DNA from: Corallochytrium limacisporum Hawaii
Taxonomy: Eukaryota; Protista; Pluriformea
Reading direction: 5' to 3'
Length of the DNA stretch: 56,567 bases
NCBI GenBank assembly: GCA_002811645.1
Contig: PDIP01000054.1
Coordinates: forward strand, 1-56,567
Positions 20,472 to 33,010 of this stretch are shown here, one piece after another. The notes below the pieces were generated by a model. The model ran no database searches, was not told the origin of the DNA, and saw nothing but the letters and a program-made list of their open reading frames with translations. Each line of letters begins with the position of its first letter. Positions within the stretch are counted from its first letter, which is position 1. The translations under genes were made by a program, and so were the position numbers.

Positions 20472-22502
20472 GGGTGGAAACATTGAACCTCAAGAGGTTG
20501 CAGCCCCACCCACCCGTCCCTCCGCCTTCTCTCTGCTCACCTTTTCATCCCGTGTGTCCTTTCCTTCCCCTTTTTATTCCAGCAAATGTGGGGGAGGCGT
20601 TTGCATGGCTTCAGTATGAAGCCAGACCGCTGCGCCAGAGTGGAGAAGGATGGAAAACAGGGAGAGAAAGGGGTGGGGTTTTACTATTGCGCACCACTGT
20701 CGCTCGTCGTCTTCGGCGTTGTGGTGATAACACCACGAGCATACAAGGGCACAAGAGACCCAAGCAAATAGATCTATCACGGCATACATCCACCATTTCA
20801 ATGGCATTCGCTCTCATTAATGTGTTTGGTGCGCCCCAGCAAGCATGCGTTGCGCAGGAATACGTCAACCGTTTTACATTGAATTTGGCATTATTTAAGG
20901 TCACCTGATGATGTCGCACTCGTCCCATACAATCTGAACTGTGCAGTGCACCATGAGCATCTTTCTTACAGAACTACTGTTCCAAAATCCTTCACTTCCG
21001 CGGGTGGCAAATGGTGCACAAGTGTCCTAGGTATATGAGTCTGATGTAATGTAGTTTCTGGGCTACTAGCAGCAGGTAAGGGCGACCAAGAAAGAAGACG
21101 GTCAAAGTTTCGTGCTCACAGGTACGTGTCGTCGGCGCCGGTTCTCACCCACCGGCGGGTAGGCAAATCAATCGATCCCCTGTAAATCCAAAGCAGAGCA
21201 CGTTTCCCTTTGACGGCTTTTGTGATGACTTCTTATTGGCTGTCTATCGTCGTGGGGTTGTGCCAGCAAGAGTGTTGGACACCGTACTCGAATTCGGGAC
21301 CGTGCGCGGTCCCATTCTTCCCATCTTGGATTGTTCGGCATTAGGGCCAAATAAAGGACACTCTTCTGAGCTGCATTCAACTGCTCCGCTCGAAAGAACA
21401 CCGTTCATGCGGTCCCCGCATTCGACATTCCATGCTACGTGACTCAAACCAGTCTCCGTACTGTGAGAACGTGAGTGCCATACCTGTGCGTGTCTTCGAA
21501 ATAGATCCACGGCCTCCCAGGGACAATAAAAGTACGGCCACCCAAATCTGAGCAAACTGCTACCGCGACGATTTTGGGTGGGCAGGCAGGCTGACGCGGC
21601 ATTTAGTTTTCGTTCTCCCAAACCTGTGGCTTTAGTCCCGCCTAATTTCCGTGTAAGCCAATCCTCAAAAATCTCCAAAATAAGGCACAACATTAAGAGC
21701 CACAGTTCCCATAGTCCCCCTTCCGGCCCCGGGTCGGAGAAAAGTCATGGAAAAGGAAAACGACAACAGCAGCAAAAAAACTCAAAAGAATAGGGGAGCG
21801 AGCGAGCCAGACAGAAGCAAACGGAGAGAAAAAGAGAAGGAGGAAGCCGGGGCCAAAAGAGAAAGAAAAAGGAACTAGAATTCATCGTAGGTAATATTTT
21901 CAGAGCGGGCACCCACCCACAAAGGAAAATAAAAATTAAACCTTGGTCCAAAGCAGCAGAGCAGTGAAAGTTTGAGGTGAGCGTAAGCGCAGACGAAACC
22001 GAAATATTCGTTTGCCCTTTAAAGTCAAACGGAAACGGTCTGCGGAAGGGGAGCTCTCGTGGCAGAAGAGGCTTTCTTTCATCGACACCGGGGATTGGAG
22101 GAAGAAAGGAATAATCGGAAGGGGAACAGAGCGGCTAAGGACGGAAGGGACCCCCGAAAGGCAGCGGTAGGCCCCTAATCAATGAACGTTTGATGGACAG
22201 AACTCTTCAGATTTGAGTTTGAAAGTGGCAGAACTGAGAACCATGGACGTAGGACCACAGCGGTGGCTCTTTAGCCGAGTCGGTTTGCCAGTGACATAGC
22301 AAAACAGTGATGCTGTTGTGGAGTTTATTCGAGTCATCAGGTAGTTCAGAACTGTACAATGTTCATGGCACAGAACAATGGCGGAGAGAGAGCGGAGAAA
22401 ATAGTCCAGTGGTCGTTCATCACGTGTTTCAGAGATCCACGGCCCCTGCCAAGGTCCTACTCGGAAGTTAAAGTAAAATAGACACAACACAAAACACCAA
22501 CC

Positions 22503-23387
22503 ATGAGCAAATTTGCAGCTGTGCAGTCCGCTGCGAAGGACATGGACGCCAGCACGACGGTCGAGATGACCGAGAAGGGCAATTTTATGAAGGAATTTTT
22601 CGACAACGTCGCTGAAGTACGCACTTCCATCTCCAACATAGAGGGAAAGATTGATCAGGTCGCACAGAAGCATGGACAGGCTCTGGCCAGCATCAGTGAC
22701 AAGCAGCACAAGCGTACCAATGAGGAAATTGATCAGCTCATGTCCGACATCTCCAGTGAGGCCAACAAGGTTCGCTCTAAGCTCAAGACCATGGATCGTG
22801 AGAACAAGGAATTCGAGCAGGCTAATCCGGGAAGCCCTGATGCCCGTATCCGCACCACCCAGCACGCCACTCTGAGCCGCAAATTTGTGGATGTTATGAC
22901 CAGGTATAACGACGTACAGACTCAGTACAAGGCAAAGTATACAGAACGGGTCAAGCGTCAACTGAAGATTGTGCAACCTGAGGCTACCCAGGAGGAGATT
23001 GACAAGGAAGTCGACCAGGCCCTCGAGGGCAAGGCTGAAAACTTCTTCCTGCGCCAGATGGTTGAGCCGAAGCACGCTGAGGCAAAGCAGGCCCTTGAAG
23101 AGATTCAGGACCGCCACAAAGAGTTGCTTCGTCTGGAGCGTTCTATCAAGGAGCTTCACGAACTGTTCGTCGACATGGCCATCCTGGTCGAGTCTCAGGG
23201 TGAGATGGTTGACCGCATTGAATTCAGCGTTGCCAAGGCCACTGACTACACCGAGGGTGCCACAGAGCAGCTGAAACAAGCCACTGCTCTGCAGAGCGCT
23301 GCCCGGCGGAAGAAGATTGCCATTTCGACCATCATCCTCTTGGTTATCGCTGTGGTTGTTATCTACTTTGTCGTCAAGAACTCATAA
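22503..23387 (+). CDS. Plasma-membrane Qa-SNARE syntaxin (syntaxin-1/Sso-like)
   Basis: Habc domain ('RIRTTQHATLSRKFVDVM'), SNARE motif 'LERSIKELHELFVDMAILVESQGEMVDRIE', C-terminal TM anchor. Confidence 0.95.
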   Translation: MSKFAAVQSAAKDMDASTTVEMTEKGNFMKEFFDNVAEVRTSISNIEGKIDQVAQKHGQALASISDKQHKRTNEEIDQLMSDISSEANKVRSKLKTMDRENKEFEQANPGSPDARIRTTQHATLSRKFVDVMTRYNDVQTQYKAKYTERVKRQLKIVQPEATQEEIDKEVDQALEGKAENFFLRQMVEPKHAEAKQALEEIQDRHKELLRLERSIKELHELFVDMAILVESQGEMVDRIEFSVAKATDYTEGATEQLKQATALQSAARRKKIAISTIILLVIAVVVIYFVVKNS

Positions 23388-23776
23388 GTGTACAGTAGGA
23401 ATAACTATGCATACATGCTGCTACCTTGCAGAATATCAGTTGCAGCGTTTTGGAAGCATGCTTGCAGGCAGTACTCATGTTGTTCTATCCTTGTTTCTTC
23501 TCTGAGTACACTTGTACAAATCAAGTCAATACTGTCACCTTGTATCATCTCACGAAGCGAAGAAACATCATCATCTTCCATAAAAGTCTCTTATCCAGTG
23601 CATAAGATTACAATGTTACGTCGTTGAGCGAAAGATATACATATTCTTCTTAGAATTTTTAATATGTCAAAGGAAAACCGTAAAGCTTTCTCCCACTGCA
23701 GAACGCCTCATATCTCCCTCCGGATAGATATTACTTTGATGAAGCCAAGAACTTACCCGAGTGCAGACCATATGAT

Positions 23777-24445
23777 TTAGAAGTCGTCGTCATCATCAGG
23801 CAGAGGCAGATTCTGAGCCTGCTTCATCTCTTCTTCGTATTTGGCCATCATATTGGGGTCGACCTGGACCTCCGGAGGAGCCAAGGCAGGGGCGGCGGTG
23901 AATTCAAGGTTAGGATCACCAACCAGTTTGCGAGCGAGCCACAGGAAAGGCTTCTCAAAGTTGTAATTTGACTTTGCGCTAATGTCGAAGTAAGGCAGCA
24001 GTTTCTTGCGGTGGAAAGAAATGGTCTTTGCCTTCACCTTGCGATCGTTGATGTCGACCTTGTTACCGCACAGAACGATTGGGATACCCTCACACACACG
24101 GGTCAAATCACGGTGCCAGGTGGGCACGTTCTTGTAGGTGACACGTGCAGTCACGTCGAACATGATGATAGCGCATTGACCCTGGATGTAGTAACCGTCA
24201 CGCAGACCACCGAACTTCTCCTGGCCGGCAGTGTCCCAGACATTGAACTGGATGGCGCCGTGGTTGGTGTGGAATAACATGGGGTGAACTTCCACACCAA
24301 TGGTGGCCACATAGCGCTTCTCGAACTCACCAGTCAAATGGCGCTTGACAAATGTAGTCTTACCAACACCACCATCGCCGACAAGTACTAACTTGAACTC
24401 TGGGACGTTCTGAGCTTGTCCAGGCTGAGCTCCGGGCTGTGCCAT
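23777..24445 (-). CDS. RAN: GTP-binding nuclear protein Ran
   Basis: [55 protein letters not shown], acidic tail PDDDDDF; ATG at 24445. Confidence 0.99.
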   Translation of the reverse strand: MAQPGAQPGQAQNVPEFKLVLVGDGGVGKTTFVKRHLTGEFEKRYVATIGVEVHPMLFHTNHGAIQFNVWDTAGQEKFGGLRDGYYIQGQCAIIMFDVTARVTYKNVPTWHRDLTRVCEGIPIVLCGNKVDINDRKVKAKTISFHRKKLLPYFDISAKSNYNFEKPFLWLARKLVGDPNLEFTAAPALAPPEVQVDPNMMAKYEEEMKQAQNLPLPDDDDDF

Positions 24446-25344
24446 GATGAAATTATGCAATAATGACTTAACAGCTCTAAGACCCTAAATTATGGTTTGA
24501 TCGCTATATTGTTCCCTGGAGAATAACTAAAAATATTATTCCCGGTGTAGTGTCAAATTGTAAAAAGCACTCGTTTGAACAACCTTAATGATACACTAAA
24601 CAGCAGTGAATGTTCGGAAAATAGGTTTTCTTTAGTAGCCAGATGGAATAGTCGTTTTGTCGTGAACATTGTAAGGTAGTAATGTTGACCTCTGTTGAAC
24701 AACAAACACAGTTTCTGTCTCTTTGCAACCAGCGGGCGCTTCTGCTTTCCAATCTGTTCGTCGTGAACAATGAAACTGCGACACAAAACAGGTACTGGAT
24801 CTGTGGAATCACGCACGCCCCGCGCACTGTGTGCATAAGGGAACGGCGCAGAAGAAACGTTTGAGGTACTTAGAAGCAGCCCCACACGCACGCACGGAAC
24901 GACGACGACAGAGGCGACACACGCGCCTCCAATCTGGTGTGCTTCGCTCTGAAGTAGAAAACTTCTGTAGGCAGCGCCAGAAACAGCCCTGGGCAGCGCC
25001 CCACGCAGTCAGTCACAAGTGTAGGGAACCGGGCAGTGTTAGCCTTCCACCTGGGGCCTTAAGATGAAGGTGAGGAGGCGATTCCCGGCTGTTTTCAGTA
25101 CAAAATGTACCGCGGCGCTGTTGTAAAGGCGCGAAAATTTGAAGGAGAGGGAGACACAGGCAGGCCGGAGAGACTGAGACACGGTTGAAGGAGGCAAAAC
25201 AGAACCATTGGTCAGATTTTATATACGGATCAAGATTCGATTTCGGGTCCGCTGATGCGGGGATAGTGGATTATATTGGAGCCACCCGCATTGATTGCAT
25301 GATAATGTGCTTCTGTAGATGCCATCAAAGTGCGCTTGGCTAGA

Positions 25345-26697
25345 CTATTGAAGCGGCCATGCCTTCTCAAGGGTGCGTACGACAGCTTCACCCATGACCA
25401 TGCGGATCTGTTCCTCGTTGAGGCCCTTCTGCAAGAGCAGATCTGTGATGATAGCGAGTTTGGAGACATCGAAGGGTACGGGGACGGCACCGTCATAGTC
25501 AGAACCGAGGGCACAGTGATCAGCTCCGACCAAGTCAACGCAGTATTTGATCTGGTTGATCAGCAGCTTAATGTCTTTCCCGCCCATGGTCTCTGGGAAA
25601 AATGAGATGGCAGTTACACCACCGGTTCTGGCAACACCAATGAATTCCTCGTCTAGAGTGTTACGCGGGGAAGGTGCTAGCTTGTCAACCCCGGTGTGAC
25701 TATTTAGCACTGGTTTGGTGGCTATGGCAAGTGTATCCTTCACTGCTTCATGGCTAGCGTGGCTGACATCAAGTATGATGCCCAGGCGCTCGCACTCCCT
25801 GACCAACTTCTTGCCAAGCGGGGTCAGTCCGTAGTGCTCCTCACCCTGCGCGCTGCCCGCGAACTCAGTATCGATGAAATGGGCCAAAGCAACCATACGA
25901 AGACCCTCATCATACAGCTTCTGCAGATTGCTGAGCTTGCCTTCCAAAGCCATGGTTCCCTCGATGCCCAAAAATCCAGCGGTGTAGTCTACTGCCACTC
26001 CATTCTCTAGATCATTGCGACGTTTGGTGACATAGTCCTGAAGGTCCTGGCGGCTCTTCAACACACGTAGCTTGCCATTGCTCCTGTCTGCAAATTTGTG
26101 CAAGCTCTGACACTGGAACATAGCTCGGGCAAATGGACTCCATAGGGTAGCGACGGGAGCCTCTCCACGGACAACGGCGGGTGCGTGCACGAAACCGATC
26201 TGGTCCAGAGTCGAGTTGGAGTTGGAAACGAAATTCAGACCCACCGGCACCTTCGAAACGATGGTGAAGGATTGAATTCCCATATTGCCCTCAATCATGC
26301 GCGGCACATCGACATGACCCTGCTTTGCGCGTTCGTTCAAATCCCGAGCCCACAACAAGGAATCAGCGTGGAGGTCAGACACGATGAGCTTCCTGTGCAA
26401 ATCCAGTGCCTTTGGCGAAATAGATGACGGAATATGAGAGTCTTCCACAGAGGTGACACGGTTGATCATAGACTCCATTCGAGGAGGTAAGGCGAAAGCA
26501 AGGATCCCAAGGAAGACTGCCAGGGCAACAGGGAATAGACGAACCGCGGTGGACGACTTTCGTCTCGCACTGGGAGACACCATCGCGCGTAACCATGCCA
26601 GTGCCCACAAAACGATCAACCCAATGGCCACAAAAAATCCGACCATAATGGCCATCTTGCGGTCAAAAAGAGCCTCGAATGTATTCTTTGACACCAT
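25345..26697 (-). CDS. Membrane dipeptidase (peptidase M19, amidohydrolase fold) with two N-terminal TM segments
   Basis: DLHAD metal motif, GHVDVPR, GIEG, ILDVSH, SHTG, PRN, LGSDYDG; ATG at 26697. Confidence 0.9.
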   Translation of the reverse strand: MVSKNTFEALFDRKMAIMVGFFVAIGLIVLWALAWLRAMVSPSARRKSSTAVRLFPVALAVFLGILAFALPPRMESMINRVTSVEDSHIPSSISPKALDLHRKLIVSDLHADSLLWARDLNERAKQGHVDVPRMIEGNMGIQSFTIVSKVPVGLNFVSNSNSTLDQIGFVHAPAVVRGEAPVATLWSPFARAMFQCQSLHKFADRSNGKLRVLKSRQDLQDYVTKRRNDLENGVAVDYTAGFLGIEGTMALEGKLSNLQKLYDEGLRMVALAHFIDTEFAGSAQGEEHYGLTPLGKKLVRECERLGIILDVSHASHEAVKDTLAIATKPVLNSHTGVDKLAPSPRNTLDEEFIGVARTGGVTAISFFPETMGGKDIKLLINQIKYCVDLVGADHCALGSDYDGAVPVPFDVSKLAIITDLLLQKGLNEEQIRMVMGEAVVRTLEKAWPLQ

Positions 26698-27470
26698 GTT
26701 TGCACAGTGTTCAAGTAGATCCTGCCTGATTCTCAACTGCAGGTGAGGAATATGTCATTGACAGCAGTCCCTGACCTCGGCCTGTATCCATCAAATACGC
26801 ATAACTGGTCCATTAAACCACTGGATTTCCTCAATAGGTATGAACGCCCTCAATTGGGTGTCACCTGAACTGTATGAGGAACCAATACAACTCTGTGCTC
26901 CAAGTCTCCAGGCAAAGGAACACATCCATGTCACCGAAGAGCTGACATAGAACACTAGGTCCCTTGTGGCTGAGTAAGCACACAGGCCCGGTCTGTACAC
27001 AATCAGCCCTTGGCCAGCAGCTGATCTATTTAAAGGAAGTATATAAACCTGCGTACTACCCCGGCCCCGTCCCGCCTCCCCCCCTTTCCCGGGGGCGGTT
27101 GCCAATATACTACTGTGGTGTGCAAAGGCAGTCTCGCACCCATACCTGTATTGTGCAAACCTTTGGGTCATTTTATTGGTCGCTGTGTACACTCCAGCCG
27201 TTACAAACGGGCGGCGTGAACGGCGCCCATAGAAGTCACAAGTCTGACGGAGGGAGGTTATTTTGTCCCCTGCGAGTTGTGCCATCGGGTGATACATATT
27301 GAAGGGCTTTTTCGTTATGTCTGAATTTGATGTGGGCGGCCCAAGGACAGATGAGTGGTTCGGTTAGCCTGCTTGGACCATTCAATCACACCTCGCCACC
27401 ATCCTCCTGGTCGCCATGTAAAGAGCAAATCGATCATTCTATGTATACATCAAACTAATATATCTAATTC

Positions 27471-27911
27471 CTATTGTTTTTTAAGGTCGTGCTTGCCGCC
27501 GCCGAGACATGATGGAGACGGGTCTACAGGCTGTCCGTCCCACTCAGTAGGCAGTTTGGCAATGACGGACAGGGCATGAATACCGCCATTGATTCCCTTG
27601 TTCATCTCTTCCTTAAGTAGTCCGTTGACCTTGCGGTGACGTTGAATGCGTGGTACTCCATCGAACTTGTCGGAGACGATTACCAACTTGAAATGTGTCT
27701 CGGATCCCCGCGGAACATTGTGCATGTAACTCTCGTTAATGACTTCTATGTGTTCTGGCTCAAATTCTTTTGACATCAAGTCATAAATGTGCCGTTGCAT
27801 GGGCCCGGCATCTTCATATGTCGTCATTGTGCGCCACTTCCTCGGCTGTGCAACAATAAGACTTCGTCTTCCAGTATTAAACACGTTTGTCAATGTACGG
27901 AGTGACGTCAT
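27471..27911 (-). CDS. BOLA1: BolA-family protein (BOLA1-like) with a probable mitochondrial presequence
   Basis: NESYMHNVPRGSETHFKLVIVS, RHRKVN, IHALS and C-terminal SPSCLGG, all typical of BOLA1; first ATG at 27911. Confidence 0.9.
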   Translation of the reverse strand: MTSLRTLTNVFNTGRRSLIVAQPRKWRTMTTYEDAGPMQRHIYDLMSKEFEPEHIEVINESYMHNVPRGSETHFKLVIVSDKFDGVPRIQRHRKVNGLLKEEMNKGINGGIHALSVIAKLPTEWDGQPVDPSPSCLGGGKHDLKKQ

Positions 27912-29763
27912 CAGCGTACTCGATTCTCCCGGTTCAGGCAAGATTTCTGTAAATTTGACAGCCCGGATACGCTCTGGTACGTCTCAGCCCTAGACGCCAC
28001 CTCTGGTTGACTGTTCATTGCCGTCAAATAGCCGTACACACAGCAACGGGTCCCACCCAACAGGCACGGGCACAACACCCTCTCCAACCACACGGTTCAC
28101 CGATTCCGTATTTCCTGGAATATTTCAGAGCCAAAGCATCCTCCAAACAATAGGTCGGGCATCATCACTCATCAGGAGCTGCTCATATCTACTCTATGTT
28201 GTGGTTTGGAGGATGGACTTTCAATGTCCATCGCTTGTGACATGGTAATCCGTCTAGAAGCACAGACTGGATGCTGAGGACAACATCGGCGATGACCCGG
28301 AGATCACCTTGTTCTCAACAAGATGTACCAAAATCATGAAGGATGGGATCGCGATATCTTTAGTCACAATGCACACGGGTTATGGAGCAAGGATGGGCTG
28401 TTCTGACTCTTTCTTGGGAGACGAACGGGGATCCGCTGATCTCCAACCCGGTACTTCAGATTGTGAAGAGTGTCACAAAAGCACTAGGAAGCGTTGGATA
28501 GGGTGTGTGTCCGGAAACGTGCTGATAGAGGTAGAAAGTGAGGCTGTCGAGCCGGCGCCTAGAAGACCTGCTCAGAAGTGTCCCTGATGATGCCAAAATT
28601 GCCAACGAAGGCGACATCACCCGATAAGTCAGCACAGCGCAACAAACAGCGCAGGTGTGACTTCAATCGTTTGATATACTTCCCGGGTCAGGGACACATT
28701 TAAAGGGACGTTCGGGAGAATAGGGGGGTGCTGGGCCCATACGTGCATCGCTTACTGCCACGCTGACCAAAATTTTCTCAAGCGACTATATTTAATGAAA
28801 CTCGGACTTTTGCATTGTAAAGCCAGGCGGCACTCGATCTTGGAGGTCCATCAACTGAACCAACAAAACAGGGAGGCCGCACTTCCGGACCGATCAGCCC
28901 ATACACAAAAAAAAAAAACACAAGACTATCGATGGGGGTCAGTATAGCGCACACAAACATTTTAACCTCGTCCGCTTTCGACAGATCAGTGGAGCATTCT
29001 CGATCAGAAAATCAATCCCCCCGGGGCCTTTCTTTCCCATTTCCCACTGCTGGCCCGTGCCCCTTGGGTTGCCCGTTCGCAAGGCTGCTGACATTACGCA
29101 CTTTTCGCCCGGAACCGAAGGTAAACGGGACACCCCGGTGCTACTTCCGCATTGTTTTGCCTTTCTTCGTCGCGCACGAGCCCGAAATTGCAAAAGATGT
29201 TTCGAGCCGTTGATGGGTTCGTGTTATTGTACGAACGCGTGATACTTGACAGATGAAGAAGTTGTCGTCTGCTCTGGGGGGGGGGCCGCGGCCGAAGGGC
29301 GCTTCCAATGTTGCTTTTGAATGGCCCTCACGGGAGTGATTTCTTAAAGTCTAGGACGTGTGGAGACAACGGGGGGTGGGAGTAGGGGCCGACGAAGGGG
29401 TGGTTCGCTTCGTGGAAAGGAGGGAGAGAGGGGAGTTGTAGAGCTGATTTACCCTGGTCGCCTCTCCGTCCATCGTTTTTGGTTCTCTTCAAGCCCACTT
29501 GTGAACCCCTGTGGCTACGGTGGTGCGAGGGATCTTGGGGGATCTCTTCGGGTGCTGGTGTCCCGATTGTAAGAGCGATACCAAAATCTTTTTATGTTAA
29601 CTCAGTGTGCTTCGTTTCTTTCGGAACTCATGATGCGAAAAGACGGGCCCATAGAGTTGGTGCCGTGCGACTATTTAAGGATTGCCGATCACGAAGGTGG
29701 AAAATTATGGTACTACGATCTCAAAACACTGAACGAAGTGAAATACCAAACAAATCATTCAAA

Positions 29764-30075
29764 ATGGTGCAAGAAATTTCGGTTGTGGACGAGTTCACCA
29801 CTGTCATCAAGGGCGACAAACTGGTCGTTGTCGACTTCTACGCGAAATGGTGTGGACCCTGCCGGGTCATTGCTCCCTTCATCGAGGAGCTGGAGAAGAA
29901 TTACCCGGACGTGGTATTCATCAAGGTTGACGTCGACGAACTGGAAGAACTCGCTGCCCAGTCTGGAATCACCGCCATGCCTACTTTCCAGTTCTACAAG
30001 CAGGGAAACAAGATTGACGAGGTAAAGGGCGCACGCAAGGATGCCTTGAAGGAGCTGGTTGAGAAGCACAAGTAA
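29764..30075 (+). CDS. TXN: Cytosolic thioredoxin
   Basis: 103 aa from the ATG at 29764; VVVDFYAKWCGPC, FIKVDVDE, MPTF; AATAAA near 30163. Confidence 0.96.
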   Translation: MVQEISVVDEFTTVIKGDKLVVVDFYAKWCGPCRVIAPFIEELEKNYPDVVFIKVDVDELEELAAQSGITAMPTFQFYKQGNKIDEVKGARKDALKELVEKHK

Positions 30076-30632
30076 GTTTCAGGACAGCAAACCATCGACA
30101 TCATTACAACCATACCGTCTCTAGTATGTGAGTCAGATCATGTATGAATAGCGTTTAGCATCAATAAACATCCATTACTGATTAGGCATTGGAACGGATT
30201 GTCTTGGACTGCCTCTTTTCTGCAGCGATAAGTCTACAAAGTTTCACGTCGTTTTGATGTTCATCTCTTAACATTGTCTCATCGCTTGCGATTGGATTTT
30301 CAAATGGCTAAGTGCCCCACCATAGTGCGGTACACTCACAGCATAGAAAGTATGGAACTCAACCAGACCCTGGCATCGCCAACCCGTCTGTCGGTGCGAT
30401 CCGGGCAGTCAACAACCGCGTACGATACAGTGTTTGCCATGGCGAAGACTAACACTATATTGCCCAAATCAAAGCCCTTCTAGTTGATGCTGACAGAGTG
30501 ATCAACTAGACAATTTGTTTATTTTTACGTGAAGTTACAAACAGCTCAAGGCACATCCAAGGCTAAACTACGACACCAACGTTATCGAATCACAGTCATC
30601 TGCGTCTAGAGCTTCGAGGGAACCCGTTCTAG

Positions 30633-31301
30633 TCATTTGCCAGGCTGTGCGGTCAGGCGGATGTAACCCTTACCGGAGGGAACTTCAGCGGTCTCCCAGC
30701 CACCAGGGAACTTCTCCTTCGCCTCTTCGTTGGAGACTCCAGGGGTGATCATAACCTTTTCACCATGTTTCCAGTCGGCAGGGGTCGCGACCTTGTAGTC
30801 AGCGGTCAGCTGAAGAGAGTCCACGACACGTAGGATCTCGTCGAAGTTGCGGCCTGTGGTAGCGGGGTAGAGGATGGTCAGCTTTACCTTGTAGTCGGGG
30901 CCGATGATGACGACGGCACGTGCGGAGACGGGTAGACCAGCCTTGTTCTTCTCAGCAGGGTCGAGCATACCGAACTTGATGGCCAGTTCACGGTCCTTGT
31001 CGGCAATGATCGGGTAAGGCCATTCACCGCCCACGGCCTGAGAGGCCTGGATGTCCTTGATCCAGCCAAGATGGTCCTCAACAGAGTCACAGGACATAGC
31101 AATCATCTTGACGTTCCGCTTCTTGAAGTCCTCGACAAGCTTGGCGGCGCGACCCAGCTCAGTGGTACACACGGGGGTGTAGTCGGCGGGGTGAGTAAAC
31201 AGAATAGCGTAGCTGTCGCCCTGCCACTCGCGGATGTTCAGCTTGCCGTGGGTGGTTTCCACGTCAATGTTGGGGAACTCGTCACCGATACGAAGAGCCA
31301 T
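30633..31301 (-). CDS. PRDX6: 1-Cys peroxiredoxin (Prdx6 family)
   Basis: HPADYTPVCTTE, LYPATTGRNFDEILRVVDSLQLT, VATPADW, PSGKGYIR. Confidence 0.97.
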   Translation of the reverse strand: MALRIGDEFPNIDVETTHGKLNIREWQGDSYAILFTHPADYTPVCTTELGRAAKLVEDFKKRNVKMIAMSCDSVEDHLGWIKDIQASQAVGGEWPYPIIADKDRELAIKFGMLDPAEKNKAGLPVSARAVVIIGPDYKVKLTILYPATTGRNFDEILRVVDSLQLTADYKVATPADWKHGEKVMITPGVSNEEAKEKFPGGWETAEVPSGKGYIRLTAQPGK

Positions 31302-33010
31302 CTTGATTATTGGAAAAGTTACTCAGAGTTAGTCTGTTGTACTGGGCAAGTTCTCGCTCCGTCAAACGCGTGATCAATCATCTCAAGTAGATGATCTTGA
31401 GTTGGACCTGGCCATCTTCTTTCCTTGCGTGGCTGCTTGTTGCACAACGAACTGTTAACCGCCAACAACACAACACGACACAATGGAGCAATGCCACACC
31501 TTAAAACCGTTGTTTTGTTATGCGATCTTACATGTACGATGAATGGTGCAATGGGCACCAACGCCAGCGATTTAGATTCTACGGGCAGGTGTCTCATCCG
31601 ATTCCATTGTTACAAACCACATTTGTCATCACAATGGAACGAATTGGATCACCCGGTACTCGCGATCAACAATCAAGACCGAGAGCAACGCTGTATGTCG
31701 AGCGGTATGACTTGCCAAACAGACTCGCAACCCTGCCCACCCGCGACTAAACCTGCCTGAACCAACACACCCTTCTCCACTTTTGTCACCAGATCTTCCT
31801 TTCGGGTCTATTGCTGGAAATGCCGTACAATAGCCATACATACATGTTGTAGTCCGACCAAAAAAAGAAAAAAAAACGACCGTGCCGAGTTCATGTTCTG
31901 GAATGGGATCGCGACGAAATGGAAAGAAACAGAAGCAACAAATGCCTCTGTTAGTACTCCGATGTGGATATCGTTTCGAATCGCGTGGGGTCCGGTCCGC
32001 TCAGCTCCACCAGTAGAAAAACTATGCGAAATTCCCACAGGCGGTCCAAAAAGCCACTCGCTCCGGGTCAATTAAATATTGCCGGCCCCTGAGCACGTCC
32101 AATGCAATGTCCGAACCCAGCTGACACCAGACAGCAATGCCAGGAAGTTAGCCTGCACCGCCGTGTGCCCTTCGCAGAAAGAAAGAAAGAAAAGAAAAAA
32201 AAAAAGGAACAACAACAGGAGACTCTGCCTTTGGGGGTGGAGTGGGGGTTTTACACCTTGCCAATTGTCAGATCTCAGTCATCGATTAGCTGTGACGTTT
32301 TATGGGGTATGCACATAGTTGAGTGGCAATTCGACACCTGCGCGCACAGGTCGATAGGAGGTGGTACTGAAAGCAAGATCACCATCATCCTCTGCCATAC
32401 CCGCGTGTGCCCTTGCTGTCAAGCCTGGAGAACCTGACCAAAGCTCCTTAAGGCCGACAGTTTCGGGATCGACCGGTCGTCTGGTCACCGTCAATGGGCC
32501 TTGCCTCGCCCTCTCATCGTCTTATCAACACTTACACCTACCAGTAATCAGGAATTTTGCACACTTACTGGGGCAACTGTTGATATGTCGAGTATATATA
32601 TATATAGCGCAATTCCTTTCAACGCGGGTCCCTCCTGATGATGCGAATTGCTCACCAACGCGCGCCATCAGACAATTTGTGTGGTGCCAATTTCCTAAAA
32701 CTGATACACCTAATAAGCAATTTAGAAAATTAAAGTGAGTCTCAAATAATTTAATGATGTTGTCAGTTAGTACCCGTTGGTATTGGGGATAGTTGGCGCC
32801 CCGGAGAAAGGCAAAACCTTCCGGTGAATGGCCCTGCAGTTGTCGGTCCGGTTGCTGAGGCTCGGCATGGTAGAAGAATAGTTCAGACCGAGACGGCGCG
32901 AATAAAACACTCTGTGCCATGTACTACAATACACTGTGACCTGAATCACGGAAAAATTGAGACCATGGATGGCCACATGTTAATGGGTCTTGGCTAAAAT
33001 CCCTGCCACC

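Noticed and set aside
22179-23279. 366-aa antisense ORF over syntaxin, and similar ones over asd, Trx, golgin, purN and ArfGAP1
   Set aside because: Mirror-frame shadow ORFs caused by codon bias of the real sense genes; no motifs.
29479-29763. 95-aa N-terminal extension of thioredoxin in the ORF track
   Set aside because: Begins at a non-ATG codon with no domain-like character. The ATG at 29764 gives a canonical 103-aa Trx, although an in-frame ATG near 29707 cannot be excluded.
31302-31340. ACTAAC...AAG immediately before the PRDX6 ATG, suggesting a 5'-UTR intron
   Set aside because: No unambiguous donor could be paired with it, and AAG is a weak acceptor.
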